From Promethearchaeia archaeon (GTDB lineage: Archaea; Asgardarchaeota; Lokiarchaeia; Sigyniarchaeales; SOKP01), in contig JAWOCD010000109.1 of assembly GCA_046483985.1 (NCBI GenBank), positions 1-42,054 of the forward strand: a stretch of 42,054 nucleotides of DNA. The letters run 5' to 3'. Positions 1 through 9,201 of the stretch are shown one piece after another. A program made the translations under genes and the position numbers. The notes under the pieces were generated by a model, which made no database searches, was not told the DNA's origin, and worked only from the letters and a program-made list of their open reading frames with translations. Each line of letters begins with the position of its first letter. Positions within the stretch are counted from its first letter, which is position 1.

Positions 1-301
1 TGCCTCCGATGACAGCTTGATTGGCACGGATTCGGGAGTCACAAGCGGAGAGCGCGCCTCAATTACTTGGTCGGATCTTTCTAACAATACACAATACGAG
101 TGGTACGCCGTGGCGGACGACGGAACAGAGATCGCTCAATCTGAAACTTGGAGCTTCACAACTGGTGAGGTTGATGAAGAAAACGGCGTCAATGAAGAAG
201 ATGGATTTGAGATTCCGGGCTATAATCCCTTGGTGCTGCTTGGTGTAATATGTGTTATTTCGGCAATGTTATTACCGAAACTGAAGAAAAATAACAAATA
301 A
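1..301 (+). CDS. C-terminal part of a secreted/surface protein with Loki-CTERM-like sorting tail (5' end outside the window)
   Basis: Frame is open from the window edge (ASDDSLIG...). It has a beta-rich FN3-like segment (YEWYAVADDG...WSFTT), an acidic linker, then IPGY + hydrophobic helix + KLKKNNK. Confidence 0.75.
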   Translation, partial: ASDDSLIGTDSGVTSGERASITWSDLSNNTQYEWYAVADDGTEIAQSETWSFTTGEVDEENGVNEEDGFEIPGYNPLVLLGVICVISAMLLPKLKKNNK

Positions 302-513
302 AGGGTTATAAAAGACCTTCTAAACAATAATTTACTTTTTTTTATTCATCTCTCCCTCGCAAGAAACATTTCTCATTAAGCCCAAACGGTTAAATTTTCT
401 TGTATCAAATTAAAATAAAAAGTTGTTGAAAGTTGAAAGTTAAGAATCTAGTCTTTTAAATACCAAAATGATTATTATTAGTATGGTAAAAAAAGATATG
501 AGGCGAGGATAAC

Positions 514-957
514 ATGAAACGTCCAAAACACAGAATCATTCCAAAAGCACAATTAAGAAATGAATTAAAACCGCTTTTCGAGCGGCACGAAGAGGTGAAA
601 ATTGCCTACTTGTATGGTTCCTACGCATTGGAGAGGCAGAATGAATTCAGTGATATTGATATTGGAATAGTGATTGAGCCGAAGATTGAGCCGAACCCGC
701 TTTATTTTGCGAAAATTGCTTCGGAAATTGAGCAAATTTTTGATTATACCGTTGAGGCCGACGTGAGAGTACTCAACAACGTACCCCCGCGCTTTCTCTT
801 CAAGGTAATAAATCAAGGAATTCTCATATATTGCTCCGATGAGACATTTAAAAATGAGGTTGAATTAAATGCAATACGGAGGTACGTTGATATCAAACCC
901 CTTCTTGCCTTTTTTGATAACGCATATCTTGATGAGGTTTTCCAAGATGAAAATTGA
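514..957 (+). CDS. mntA: MNT-family nucleotidyltransferase (MntA-type antitoxin)
   Basis: YGSYA-x-SDIDI (GSx10DxD) motif, 147 aa, overlaps the start of a HEPN-like ORF. Confidence 0.85.
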   Translation: MKRPKHRIIPKAQLRNELKPLFERHEEVKIAYLYGSYALERQNEFSDIDIGIVIEPKIEPNPLYFAKIASEIEQIFDYTVEADVRVLNNVPPRFLFKVINQGILIYCSDETFKNEVELNAIRRYVDIKPLLAFFDNAYLDEVFQDEN

Positions 958-1078
958 TAAAGATGTTGTTCTAAAAAGAATTGAAAAATTGGAGGATTTA
1001 TTAGGAAAGGTAAGAGAATTTAAATCACTTTCCAAGAAAGAGTTTTTATCCGATTTTAAAAACTATTTTAGTTTTTAA
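947..1078 (+). pseudogene. hepT: Truncated HepT/DUF86 HEPN toxin (43 aa N-terminal remnant)
   Basis: ATG at 947 overlaps the mntA end. MKIDKDVVLKRIEKLEDLL...LSKKEFLSD resembles a DUF86 N-terminus. It stops long before the Rx4HxY motif, at the junction with a sat fragment. Confidence 0.7.
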
Positions 1079-1080
1079 AC

Positions 1081-1190
1081 CGTAAGCGCTGCCTTCTGCA
1101 CGTATTCGTGCCCCAAATGGAGCGGGTTCCAGGTCTGGAAGGCGGCAACTGGAAGGCGGCAACTCTGTCCCAGTTCTTGGTTTTAAATAA
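1081..1190 (-). pseudogene. Degenerate fragment of a sulfate adenylyltransferase paralog (active-site segment)
   Basis: After removing a 14-bp tandem duplication (1137-1164) it matches 2749-2844 at 82/96 nt and encodes LFKTKNWDRVAAFQTWNPLHLGHEYVQKAALT. Confidence 0.85.
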
Positions 1191-1196
1191 ACTTTA

Positions 1197-1538
1197 TTAT
1201 TTACTCGATTCTGCATTAATATATTTTCTATATTCTTTATTACGAACCTTTTGTATTTCTCTTTTATGATCTTGCTCATTAATATTGGCAGAAATCTTCC
1301 GGTCGTGAAGAATGTCAAGAAAAGTCCAATAGTCCGTGTTTGCAATTAATACTGCTTCTCCCAGCGTAACGTGCCCTTTCTGATATTCTTGAATTGCTAA
1401 ATCGATCTCTTTTTCGGCAACGGCATCGTGAAGTAAAAGCCGAAGGAGGGTCTCCAAATCTAATTGCATTTTTTTCTTTAACTCATCAATACGTTGTTTT
1501 AACCCACCGGGGATCTCTACTGATACTTTTTTATTCAA
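1197..1538 (-). CDS. UPF0175-like protein (RHH + HTH), putative antitoxin
   Basis: N-terminal VSVEIP...RIDEL RHH-like pattern and C-terminal AIQEYQKGHVTLGEA...YWTFLDIL UPF0175 pattern; TTG start. Confidence 0.7.
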   Translation of the reverse strand: MNKKVSVEIPGGLKQRIDELKKKMQLDLETLLRLLLHDAVAEKEIDLAIQEYQKGHVTLGEAVLIANTDYWTFLDILHDRKISANINEQDHKREIQKVRNKEYRKYINAESSK

Positions 1539-1630
1539 CTTTCTCTACCTCATTTCTAAATTTTTCATATAATCGTACTGAAATTATTGGTCCGAACAAA
1601 AGAATGTAAGGTTTGAATAGATTCCGGAAC

Positions 1631-2188
1631 TTACTGCTCCGCACCGTTCGGAAGATAGCCCATGTCATCCAAGGCATCGAGGATTAAGTTCTTGCTCTCC
1701 TCAACGGTCTGCTTGTCCGTTCTTACCTCGATCTCGTAATTGTCTGGTTCTTCGAAGGGATCGTCAATCCCGGTAAAGTTCTCAATCTCGCCGGCCCGCG
1801 CCTTTGCGTACATGCCCTTCACATCCCGCTCTTCGCACACTTCCAGGGGGCAGTTTACGTACACTAAAATGAAGTTGTCGATCTCATCTCTGATCTCAGC
1901 CCGGATTTCATTGTAAGGCGACACGAATGAGGCGAGCACAGCTACCCCATTTCTGGATAAGAGTTTCGAGACAAAGGTCACCCGTTCGATGTTCATCTTT
2001 CGATCTTCGGCGGTAAATCCCAAATCCCGGGTTAGACTCTTGCGCACGATATCCCCATCCAACCGTTCTACTTTCATACCTCGTTCCTCTAAATCCTCTG
2101 CCAGCGCATCGGCAAGTACCGTTTTGCCGGAGCAACACAGCCCGGTAAACCATAATGTAAATCCTTTATGTTCCATACTTGTTCTCAC
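1631..2188 (-). CDS. cysC: Adenylyl-sulfate (APS) kinase
   Basis: WFTGLCCSGKT P-loop, LDGDIVR, RDVKGMY, FTGIDDPFEEP. Confidence 0.95.
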   Translation of the reverse strand: MRTSMEHKGFTLWFTGLCCSGKTVLADALAEDLEERGMKVERLDGDIVRKSLTRDLGFTAEDRKMNIERVTFVSKLLSRNGVAVLASFVSPYNEIRAEIRDEIDNFILVYVNCPLEVCEERDVKGMYAKARAGEIENFTGIDDPFEEPDNYEIEVRTDKQTVEESKNLILDALDDMGYLPNGAEQ

Positions 2189-2226
2189 GATTTTTTCTTT
2201 TTTTCTTTTTTGTATCTACTTTATAA

Positions 2227-3375
2227 TTATTCTACAAAGGGTTGTTGATATTTTAATATGACATCCACGACTTCTGGGCGCATGATATCAGGGGTCGGCT
2301 TTTTAGATTCTCTGATGAGCTTCCGAATTTTTGAGCCGCTGAAAAAGACGTGCTCCTCAGGGGGGTGGGGACAGATCTTATCGTTCACCACCGAATTGCA
2401 CACCGTACAGCGCGAGAAAGACCGAAAGGTAATCGGTTCAATTCCCAAGTCCGGAAACTTATCGAAGATTTTATGGGCATCATAAGGTCCATAAAAATCG
2501 CCCACTCCTGCATGATCTCGTCCAATAATAATTCTGTCACAGCCGAAGTTTTTCCTGGCAATCGCATGAAAGATAGCTTCTTTCGGTCCCGCATATCGCA
2601 TCTCCGTTTCGAAGGTACTCAACACCACCCGATTTTCGGGGTAGTAATTATCGATAAGTGTATTATAGGCGTCTATAATCACCTGATCCCTAAAATCGCC
2701 TTTCTTTTTCTTTCCCATAACGGGATTAATGAACAACCCATCCGAAATCGTAAGCGCAGCTTTTTGCACGTATTCATGTCCTAAATGGGGCGGATTCCGG
2801 GTCTGAAAAGCGGCAACTCTATCCCAGTTTTTGGTTTTAAACAACACTCTGGTTTCTAAAGGCTTGAGATCTAAATCGGGAAAAACAGAGGGTTCATGCT
2901 CCACCAGAAAGATTTCTCCTCCGATAAGCTTGTCTTTCATGTTAAACACCTTATTCACTCCCGGATGGCTCGTATCGGTCGTCCCGTATACTTTTTGGGC
3001 GTAGGATTTTTTATCGTACTCGTAGATCTCGCTCACTATCAGCATTGCAAGGGGTTTATCCGCAGCATTTACCAATAAAATTCGATCATCGGGCTTGATG
3101 TCCTTTACCTCCTCTTCGGTAACGTCCAATACAATGGGAAAGGGCCAGATCTCGTTATTTTCCAAGCACATATGCTCGAGCACGTTCAATGTATCGTTTT
3201 CGTGCATAAACCCTTCCAAAGGGCTAAACACCCCGTAGGCAATATTTTTTATGACCTTCCAAATCTGAGGGGTAACCGTAATTTTCTCAAATTCGTCAAA
3301 TTGCTCTAAAACTCGCTTCCTTTCAACTTCGGGAAGTTCTTTATTAACTAAAGAACCTCCGTGTGGCTCTATCAT
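2227..3375 (-). CDS. sat: Sulfate adenylyltransferase (ATP sulfurylase)
   Basis: PHGGSL, FSPLEGFM, FQTRNPPHLGHE, MRYAGPKEA, GRDHAGVGDFY. Confidence 0.97.
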   Translation of the reverse strand: MIEPHGGSLVNKELPEVERKRVLEQFDEFEKITVTPQIWKVIKNIAYGVFSPLEGFMHENDTLNVLEHMCLENNEIWPFPIVLDVTEEEVKDIKPDDRILLVNAADKPLAMLIVSEIYEYDKKSYAQKVYGTTDTSHPGVNKVFNMKDKLIGGEIFLVEHEPSVFPDLDLKPLETRVLFKTKNWDRVAAFQTRNPPHLGHEYVQKAALTISDGLFINPVMGKKKKGDFRDQVIIDAYNTLIDNYYPENRVVLSTFETEMRYAGPKEAIFHAIARKNFGCDRIIIGRDHAGVGDFYGPYDAHKIFDKFPDLGIEPITFRSFSRCTVCNSVVNDKICPHPPEEHVFFSGSKIRKLIRESKKPTPDIMRPEVVDVILKYQQPFVE

Positions 3376-3403
3376 TCTCTTAATCCAATCTCCTTCTCAA
3401 TAA

Positions 3404-3649
3404 TTAGTCAATATACCCTAAATCTCGTAGTCTCTGTTTTACTTTCTCTTCCTCTTCCTCGGAAAATGCCTGCTTTTTCCGCTCATCTTCCTCAATTGAC
3501 GAGAGAACTTGCCTCAGCACATAAATAACGTAGCTTGATACAGAACTGAAGCCCGTTCCCTTCATTCTGTCTTTGATCTTGTTTGCCAGTGGTTTCGGTA
3601 TCGACACGGTCGTATATTGTACTTTTTCTTTATCTTCTTCTTTTGACAT
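3404..3649 (-). CDS. CopG/ribbon-helix-helix regulator
   Basis: YTTVSIPKPLANKI...FSSVSSYV RHH pattern; first gene of the sat-cysC unit. Confidence 0.8.
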   Translation of the reverse strand: MSKEEDKEKVQYTTVSIPKPLANKIKDRMKGTGFSSVSSYVIYVLRQVLSSIEEDERKKQAFSEEEEEKVKQRLRDLGYID

Positions 3650-3888
3650 ATCTTGTTATAGACCTTAATTACTTTATCTTTAATTAAATATAATTAGAAT
3701 TTACATTAAAAGATTATCATTTAAAAAAGCCCTAGATGATATGAAAAAAAAATCAATCTTCGCTGTTCTTCTAGGCAATTTCTTGATTGAGTCCGGATTT
3801 TTTCTGACGATGAAATTTAAAAAGGTTAAAGTTAATGTGTTAATAGGATTAGAAGATTTTTTATCAAAAATAGGGATTAGATTGGACC

Positions 3889-4386
3889 ATGAAAGAGATA
3901 AGTTATGATGAGATCATCGCGCAGATGAATTCTGAGTTGGAAACGGAATGCGCTTTGGCCAATAAATACGGGATTGTTCTGGGCTCCACGATAGACGCCT
4001 TTCCTAAAGAAAAGGTGATCCCGCAAAAGATTTTAGAACTCATCTCGGACAGAATGGAGATTGCCGAAGGATTGGGATTAAAGAAAATAAATTCCTTTGC
4101 ACTCGAAGCCGAAAAGTATATCTATCTCTTTACATTCAGTAAAAGATTGATATTAATTTCCAGATTAGATCTAGATGTGAATCTCTCAACATTTATGCCC
4201 AGCATCAGCAAGTTTCTGAAGAAACTCAGCCGCACTACAGCCGATGAAAGCGGATTAATTAAGCATTTTTCGGAGTTTAATTTTGAAAGGGAAATCAATA
4301 AAATAGAAGAGTCCATCAACGAAGAAGGGTTAGCTGAGGATAAATATAAGATTATTAAGAAATTAGTGAAATTTATTGCGCAATAA
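3889..4386 (+). CDS. Roadblock/LC7-like protein with C-terminal helical extension
   Basis: Helix, then ALANKYGIVLGS beta hairpin, helix, three strands and a helix, as in roadblock folds. Lies directly upstream of a GTPase. Confidence 0.55.
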   Translation: MKEISYDEIIAQMNSELETECALANKYGIVLGSTIDAFPKEKVIPQKILELISDRMEIAEGLGLKKINSFALEAEKYIYLFTFSKRLILISRLDLDVNLSTFMPSISKFLKKLSRTTADESGLIKHFSEFNFEREINKIEESINEEGLAEDKYKIIKKLVKFIAQ

Positions 4387-4542
4387 GAAATCCGATATGC
4401 TTAAGGGAAAATAATAAATAAAGAGTTTTATATTATTTTTATAAATAGAATTAGACGAATGAATATTATATTTATCTAATACTTCATTATGAATAATAAT
4501 CAATTTGAATAATTCATTTAACTTAAATCAATTATATAATAG

Positions 4543-6618
4543 GTGAAAACTATACTTCGTCAAGTATATATTTACAGAAATGAGGAGTTATTGTATTACA
4601 GGCAATTCGGAAAGGCATTAAAAGAAGAAACCTTTAATAATCTTGTTGAAGAACTTAAGGAAGATGCATTTGGACGAAACCCCAAGGAAATCGAGTATCA
4701 CGACTATTACAAATACAGAATCTCCTATACCGCTGACCAGGAACTCAATCTCATTTTTCTCTTCGTCACGGGGCTGACAGACGATTTTGATAACATTAAA
4801 AAAGAGTTGCTCAAGTGCAAGAAGGAATTTTTGAATCTCTTCGAGGATATCCTGGAGCATCATTCCGATGCGAAAACTTTTGAAGTGTTTGATCCGACAA
4901 TCGACTCCATTCATAAAAACCTCAGACCAAAGATAACCTTAATCGGATTCTCCGGAGTGGGCAAAACAACCATCACGAAATTAATTAAAGCAGAAGAGAT
5001 TCCAATGCAGCATATTCCGACCATAACCGGGGATATCGCCACCATTAAAATTGGAAAACTGCATTTCCATCTCTGGGATAATGCCGGACAAGAGCAATTC
5101 AGTTATTTATGGAGCAAGTTCTTGAAGGGGAGTGATGCAGTCTTATTAATCACGGATTCAAGTTTAGAAAATGTAGAAAAGAGCAAATTCTTCTTGGAGC
5201 TTATTGATGAAAATGCTCCGAATGCGCAAGTTGCTGTAATTGGAAATAAGCAAGATCTGCCCGATGCAATGGAGGCCGAAAACATTGAAAGGATCTTAGG
5301 GATTAAAACATACTCTATGATTGCAACTGATCCTGATAATCGAGATAAAATGATCCAGATTATTGCAGATGTTTTGGAAATGAATGCAGAAGTCTCTCCT
5401 TTATTACAACCGCTTTTGAAAAGAGATGAACTGACCGAAGAAGCAAAAGCTGCACTGGAAAGGGAGGAATTTGAAAAAGCGGCTTTATTATTCGATAAGA
5501 TTTCAGATCTGTGCATAGATTTAGGAGATGACGGATTGGGAAGAGAGTTTTATAAAAAATCTCAAAAAATTAAGAAAATTTTAAAAATTGAAGAAGGAGA
5601 AGCGGCTCCAGAGGAAGCTACAGAAGCGGAAGCTTCCCAACCATCAGAAGCCCAACAACCGCCGATCGAAACTCCACAGCAAACTCCGCAAAAAAAACCG
5701 GAAGTTCAAAAACCGCCAACCGAAACTCCACAGGAAACTCCGCAAAAAAAACCGGAGGTTCAAAAACCGCCAACCGAAACTCCACAGCAAACTCCGCAAA
5801 AAACACCGGAAGTTCAAAAACCGCCAACCGAAACTCCACAGCAAACTCCGCAAAAAACACCGGAGGTTCAAAAACCTCAAGGTGAAGCCCCACAAGGTCC
5901 AAAATCACAGCAACAAAGTGTACCAACCTCTATGGAGTTTGGAGAAAAATCAAAGACGACTCAAGAGCCCACCGCTTCAAAAGCTGCAAATGAAATAAAA
6001 AAACCACAGATAAAGAATTCAGAAAAACCGAAAAAGAAGAAAATCGGAGGGGTTAAACTGGATCCAAAAGATTTCATGGTAAAAAGTAAACCGAAAAAAA
6101 TTACTTCCATTCCGAGAGATGCGAAATCAAAGCTGAAATCCTCTCCCTTTGAACATGTAAAAAAACCCAAGAAAAAGGCCAAAAAGAAGGCCAAGTCTCC
6201 CACAGAGTTAATCAAATCGGCGTCAAAAAAGAAAACGCAAAAGGCGAGCAAGCCAAAGGTTTCAGCGGAAGAACAAGCAAAACCCCCCAAGCAAGCAAAA
6301 CAAAAACCCACCACCACACAGGAAAAACCAGCGACCTCCCCTGCTCAGTCAGTAGAGCCCGAAACTAAGACTAAGACCCCTCCATCCCCAGTAGAAACGG
6401 AGGAAATGGATCCTCAACAGAAGAAAAAGTTAAAAAAGACCTTAGTCCAGCTCAAACTCAAAAAGACTGACATAGAGAATATGTCTCTTGATTTCGAAAT
6501 GAAAGAATTATCCGGGGAAATTACAAGTGAGGAATTAAAAGAAAAACAAGCCAAGTTACAAGCGATGGAACAAAAAGTGAAAAACCGAATCAAGGACATC
6601 CAAGAGATGCTCAAATAG
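4543..6618 (+). CDS. Multidomain small GTPase: longin-like N-terminus + Arf/Rag-like GTPase + helical module + Pro/Lys-rich tail + coiled coil
   Basis: G1 GFSGVGKT, G3 WDNAGQ, G4 NKQD. The N-terminal ~125 aa has a longin-like pattern (QVYIY...LLYYRQF...LIFLFVT). GTG start. Confidence 0.8.
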   Translation: MKTILRQVYIYRNEELLYYRQFGKALKEETFNNLVEELKEDAFGRNPKEIEYHDYYKYRISYTADQELNLIFLFVTGLTDDFDNIKKELLKCKKEFLNLFEDILEHHSDAKTFEVFDPTIDSIHKNLRPKITLIGFSGVGKTTITKLIKAEEIPMQHIPTITGDIATIKIGKLHFHLWDNAGQEQFSYLWSKFLKGSDAVLLITDSSLENVEKSKFFLELIDENAPNAQVAVIGNKQDLPDAMEAENIERILGIKTYSMIATDPDNRDKMIQIIADVLEMNAEVSPLLQPLLKRDELTEEAKAALEREEFEKAALLFDKISDLCIDLGDDGLGREFYKKSQKIKKILKIEEGEAAPEEATEAEASQPSEAQQPPIETPQQTPQKKPEVQKPPTETPQETPQKKPEVQKPPTETPQQTPQKTPEVQKPPTETPQQTPQKTPEVQKPQGEAPQGPKSQQQSVPTSMEFGEKSKTTQEPTASKAANEIKKPQIKNSEKPKKKKIGGVKLDPKDFMVKSKPKKITSIPRDAKSKLKSSPFEHVKKPKKKAKKKAKSPTELIKSASKKKTQKASKPKVSAEEQAKPPKQAKQKPTTTQEKPATSPAQSVEPETKTKTPPSPVETEEMDPQQKKKLKKTLVQLKLKKTDIENMSLDFEMKELSGEITSEELKEKQAKLQAMEQKVKNRIKDIQEMLK
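5659..5874 (+). repeat. Four 54-bp in-frame tandem repeats (PPTETPQQTPQKTPEVQK)
   Basis: Units start at 5659, 5713, 5767 and 5821 and are near-identical at DNA level. Confidence 0.95.
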
Positions 6619-6725
6619 GAGCTCAATCCTTCGTCATAACACCTCTTTTTTTTATATAACAAATTTTTTTAGTGATTTCTTGTTTGAAATATTAATTATT
6701 TAATTTCAGAGAACGTTATTTTAAT

Positions 6726-8231
6726 ATGAAACTCACCAAAAAGGAATTTTTATCGGTTTTTCTATTTCTAGCTCTGATCGCGATCATTATTATGGACGGT
6801 GCACTGGTACTTCCCAATCAAGTGCTGATCGCTGCAGATTTAGAAGTCCAGTTCGATGCCATTGGATTAATGGTGGGTACGTATACCATTGTTGCAGGCG
6901 GTTCCACCTTGTTTTTCGGATATCTCACCGATCTCTATGAACGAAAGAAGTTATTAATTTTAGCGGGTATTGCATGGTCGATCGCCGCTTTATTTCATTT
7001 TTTGGTCATCACTTACTGGCAACTGTTTACCCTTCGGATACTGGCAGCATTAGCAACAGGAGTGACGACGCCCGTTGCCTTCTCTTATTTAGCGGATATC
7101 ATATCCTCCGATTCCCGATCGAAAGCGTTTGCGTTTTGGGGGTTAATTACCATGTTAGGCGGGATTGCTGCGGGAGGGATTGCCCTAGCCTTCAATCAAA
7201 TTCCCTATAATGAAATTGATCCCGATGTGAAAGGAGTAGCCGCCAATTTAGCATACATTATGAATGAGTATCCGAACCTCTTGAATACCTGGAGACTCCC
7301 CTTTTTCTATTTGGCATTTGTTGCATTAGGTTTCGTTGTTCTGAATTTTTTATTCACAAAAGAACCAAAACGAGCAGCGTCTGAAGAAGTATTCGAAGAT
7401 ATTTCTGAGGAAAATCTTCAATATTCCTACAAAATACAGCTAGAGGATTTAAAATATATTTTCACCAGGAGATCAAACTTTTTTCTAATTATGAATCTGT
7501 TCGATGTCGTTGCCACTGGCATCTTAACTGCTTTCCTTTTCCCCTATATCAACATCGAGATGGGGATTGATTTTAGGGATCCCGAAGGATTACTAAGAGT
7601 GGTCACCTTATTGGCGATTGCCGGTCCAATGGCTTTCATCGTTGGACAGTTCGGGCTTGCGCATTGGGCGGACAAGAAAGTGCAGAGAGGTGAGATCACC
7701 GGCAGAGTAAAAGTGGCTACCATCTGCGGGATTCTTAACCTCCCTTTTTTATTGGCTGCCTTCTTAATGTCTCCGAATATTAGAACGCAAACCTACTTTT
7801 TAGGAACGTTAGAGGTGGACTATTTAGCCTCATGGGTACTCTGGATTATTTTCGCCTCCTTATTGGGGGTGGGTTTAGCATTCTCCTTTGGTATTGCCCC
7901 GAATTGGTATTCTTCCCTTATCGATATCAATTTCCCAGAGCACAGAGGAACGATGATTGCCATGGCATCGTTTTTAGATGCAATTGGTCGGGGATTGGGG
8001 GCCATTTTCGGAGGGATGTTAATCAATATCACCGATAGTATTTCTGCCACTATATTCTGGGCGACCCTCATTTTCGGTCTACTTTCAACTAGTTTCTGGA
8101 TCCCTCTCTTTTATACCAGTGAAGAGGATTTCCAAGAAGTACAAGACACAATGGAAAAACGCGCAGAACGAATTAAGAAGAAGATAGAAAAACAAAAAGA
8201 GACCGAAAAAAAAAGTCTCGAGAAAAAATAA
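6726..8231 (+). CDS. MFS transporter
   Basis: About 12 hydrophobic helices; motif A FGYLTDLYERKK. Confidence 0.9.
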   Translation: MKLTKKEFLSVFLFLALIAIIIMDGALVLPNQVLIAADLEVQFDAIGLMVGTYTIVAGGSTLFFGYLTDLYERKKLLILAGIAWSIAALFHFLVITYWQLFTLRILAALATGVTTPVAFSYLADIISSDSRSKAFAFWGLITMLGGIAAGGIALAFNQIPYNEIDPDVKGVAANLAYIMNEYPNLLNTWRLPFFYLAFVALGFVVLNFLFTKEPKRAASEEVFEDISEENLQYSYKIQLEDLKYIFTRRSNFFLIMNLFDVVATGILTAFLFPYINIEMGIDFRDPEGLLRVVTLLAIAGPMAFIVGQFGLAHWADKKVQRGEITGRVKVATICGILNLPFLLAAFLMSPNIRTQTYFLGTLEVDYLASWVLWIIFASLLGVGLAFSFGIAPNWYSSLIDINFPEHRGTMIAMASFLDAIGRGLGAIFGGMLINITDSISATIFWATLIFGLLSTSFWIPLFYTSEEDFQEVQDTMEKRAERIKKKIEKQKETEKKSLEKK

Positions 8232-8233
8232 CA

Positions 8234-9109
8234 TTAAAGAAAAAATTGTAAATATGCGTCGGGAACATGAGCATCCCCAATCTTTATCCCTTTTTTTCCG
8301 CCGTGATAATCTGATCCGCCCGATTTCACCAAGTCATATTTCTCTGCCAATTTGCTGTAAAACTGGGGAAAAAACTCCATTGCCCATTTTGCTTTCTCCA
8401 GATCCTCGTAATAGGGGCGATTTTTATCATAGGTATATTCTATTTCAATTCCCTCAATCCCGGCATCCATGCACATCTTCACGAACGTCTCACGGTCTGC
8501 AACCTCATACACACCGGGATGAGCAAGAATTGGGGTTCCTTTACTTGCTTTAATTACCTCAACTGCCTCTTCCAAGTTAAGTTCAAACTCTCTATCCACA
8601 TAAGCTTTGCCTCCCAGACTGATCATTTTAAAGAGTTGATTCGTGGTTTTTTCCTTTACCTTCGTGGGGTTATTTTTTTTCATAATTTTCACGATATGAG
8701 GGCGTCCCACGCTATTACCGCTGGCCTCTTGGTTAACCTCCTTAAAACTTATGTCATATCCAAACTCTTTTTCCAAGCGACTACATATCGCTTTTTTTTG
8801 ATTAATTCTCCCTTCTAATTGCTTTCTCAGCGTTTCTTGAAGTATTGAAGAACGATGGTCTATATTAAGGCCAACAATATGCACATCCTTAATGTCACGC
8901 TCCGGTTCATGTTTAATCGAGATTTCTACCCCCGGAATGACGATAATCTCTTTTTGTTCACCATAGGAGAGAAACTCTGCTAGACCATCAATATTGTCAT
9001 GATCTGTCAAAGCAATTGCTTTAAGTCCCTTAGCAGAAGCAATATCTATCAGTTTTGTGGGGGAGTCGAGCCCGTCCGAGCACGTGGAATGCAAATGTAA
9101 ATCTATCAT
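8234..9109 (-). CDS. PHP-domain phosphoesterase (TrpH/YciV-like)
   Basis: DLHLHSTCSDG, LTDHD, GVEIS, GRPH, LAHP, GGSDYHG. Confidence 0.92.
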   Translation of the reverse strand: MIDLHLHSTCSDGLDSPTKLIDIASAKGLKAIALTDHDNIDGLAEFLSYGEQKEIIVIPGVEISIKHEPERDIKDVHIVGLNIDHRSSILQETLRKQLEGRINQKKAICSRLEKEFGYDISFKEVNQEASGNSVGRPHIVKIMKKNNPTKVKEKTTNQLFKMISLGGKAYVDREFELNLEEAVEVIKASKGTPILAHPGVYEVADRETFVKMCMDAGIEGIEIEYTYDKNRPYYEDLEKAKWAMEFFPQFYSKLAEKYDLVKSGGSDYHGGKKGIKIGDAHVPDAYLQFFL

Positions 9110-9201
9110 TAAGTTCTAAAATGTTTTCTCTTCTAAATTCTTAACGAATCTACTTGGAAACTTTTTTTAAGAAAGAGAAGAGGAGAAAAAAAGAAAAAAA
9201 A

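Noticed and set aside
1081-1190. sat copy read as a DGR template/variable repeat, or as a tRNA
   Set aside because: Differences are mostly synonymous rather than strictly adenine-specific, the target would be a conserved catalytic motif, no reverse transcriptase is in the window, and there is no cloverleaf.
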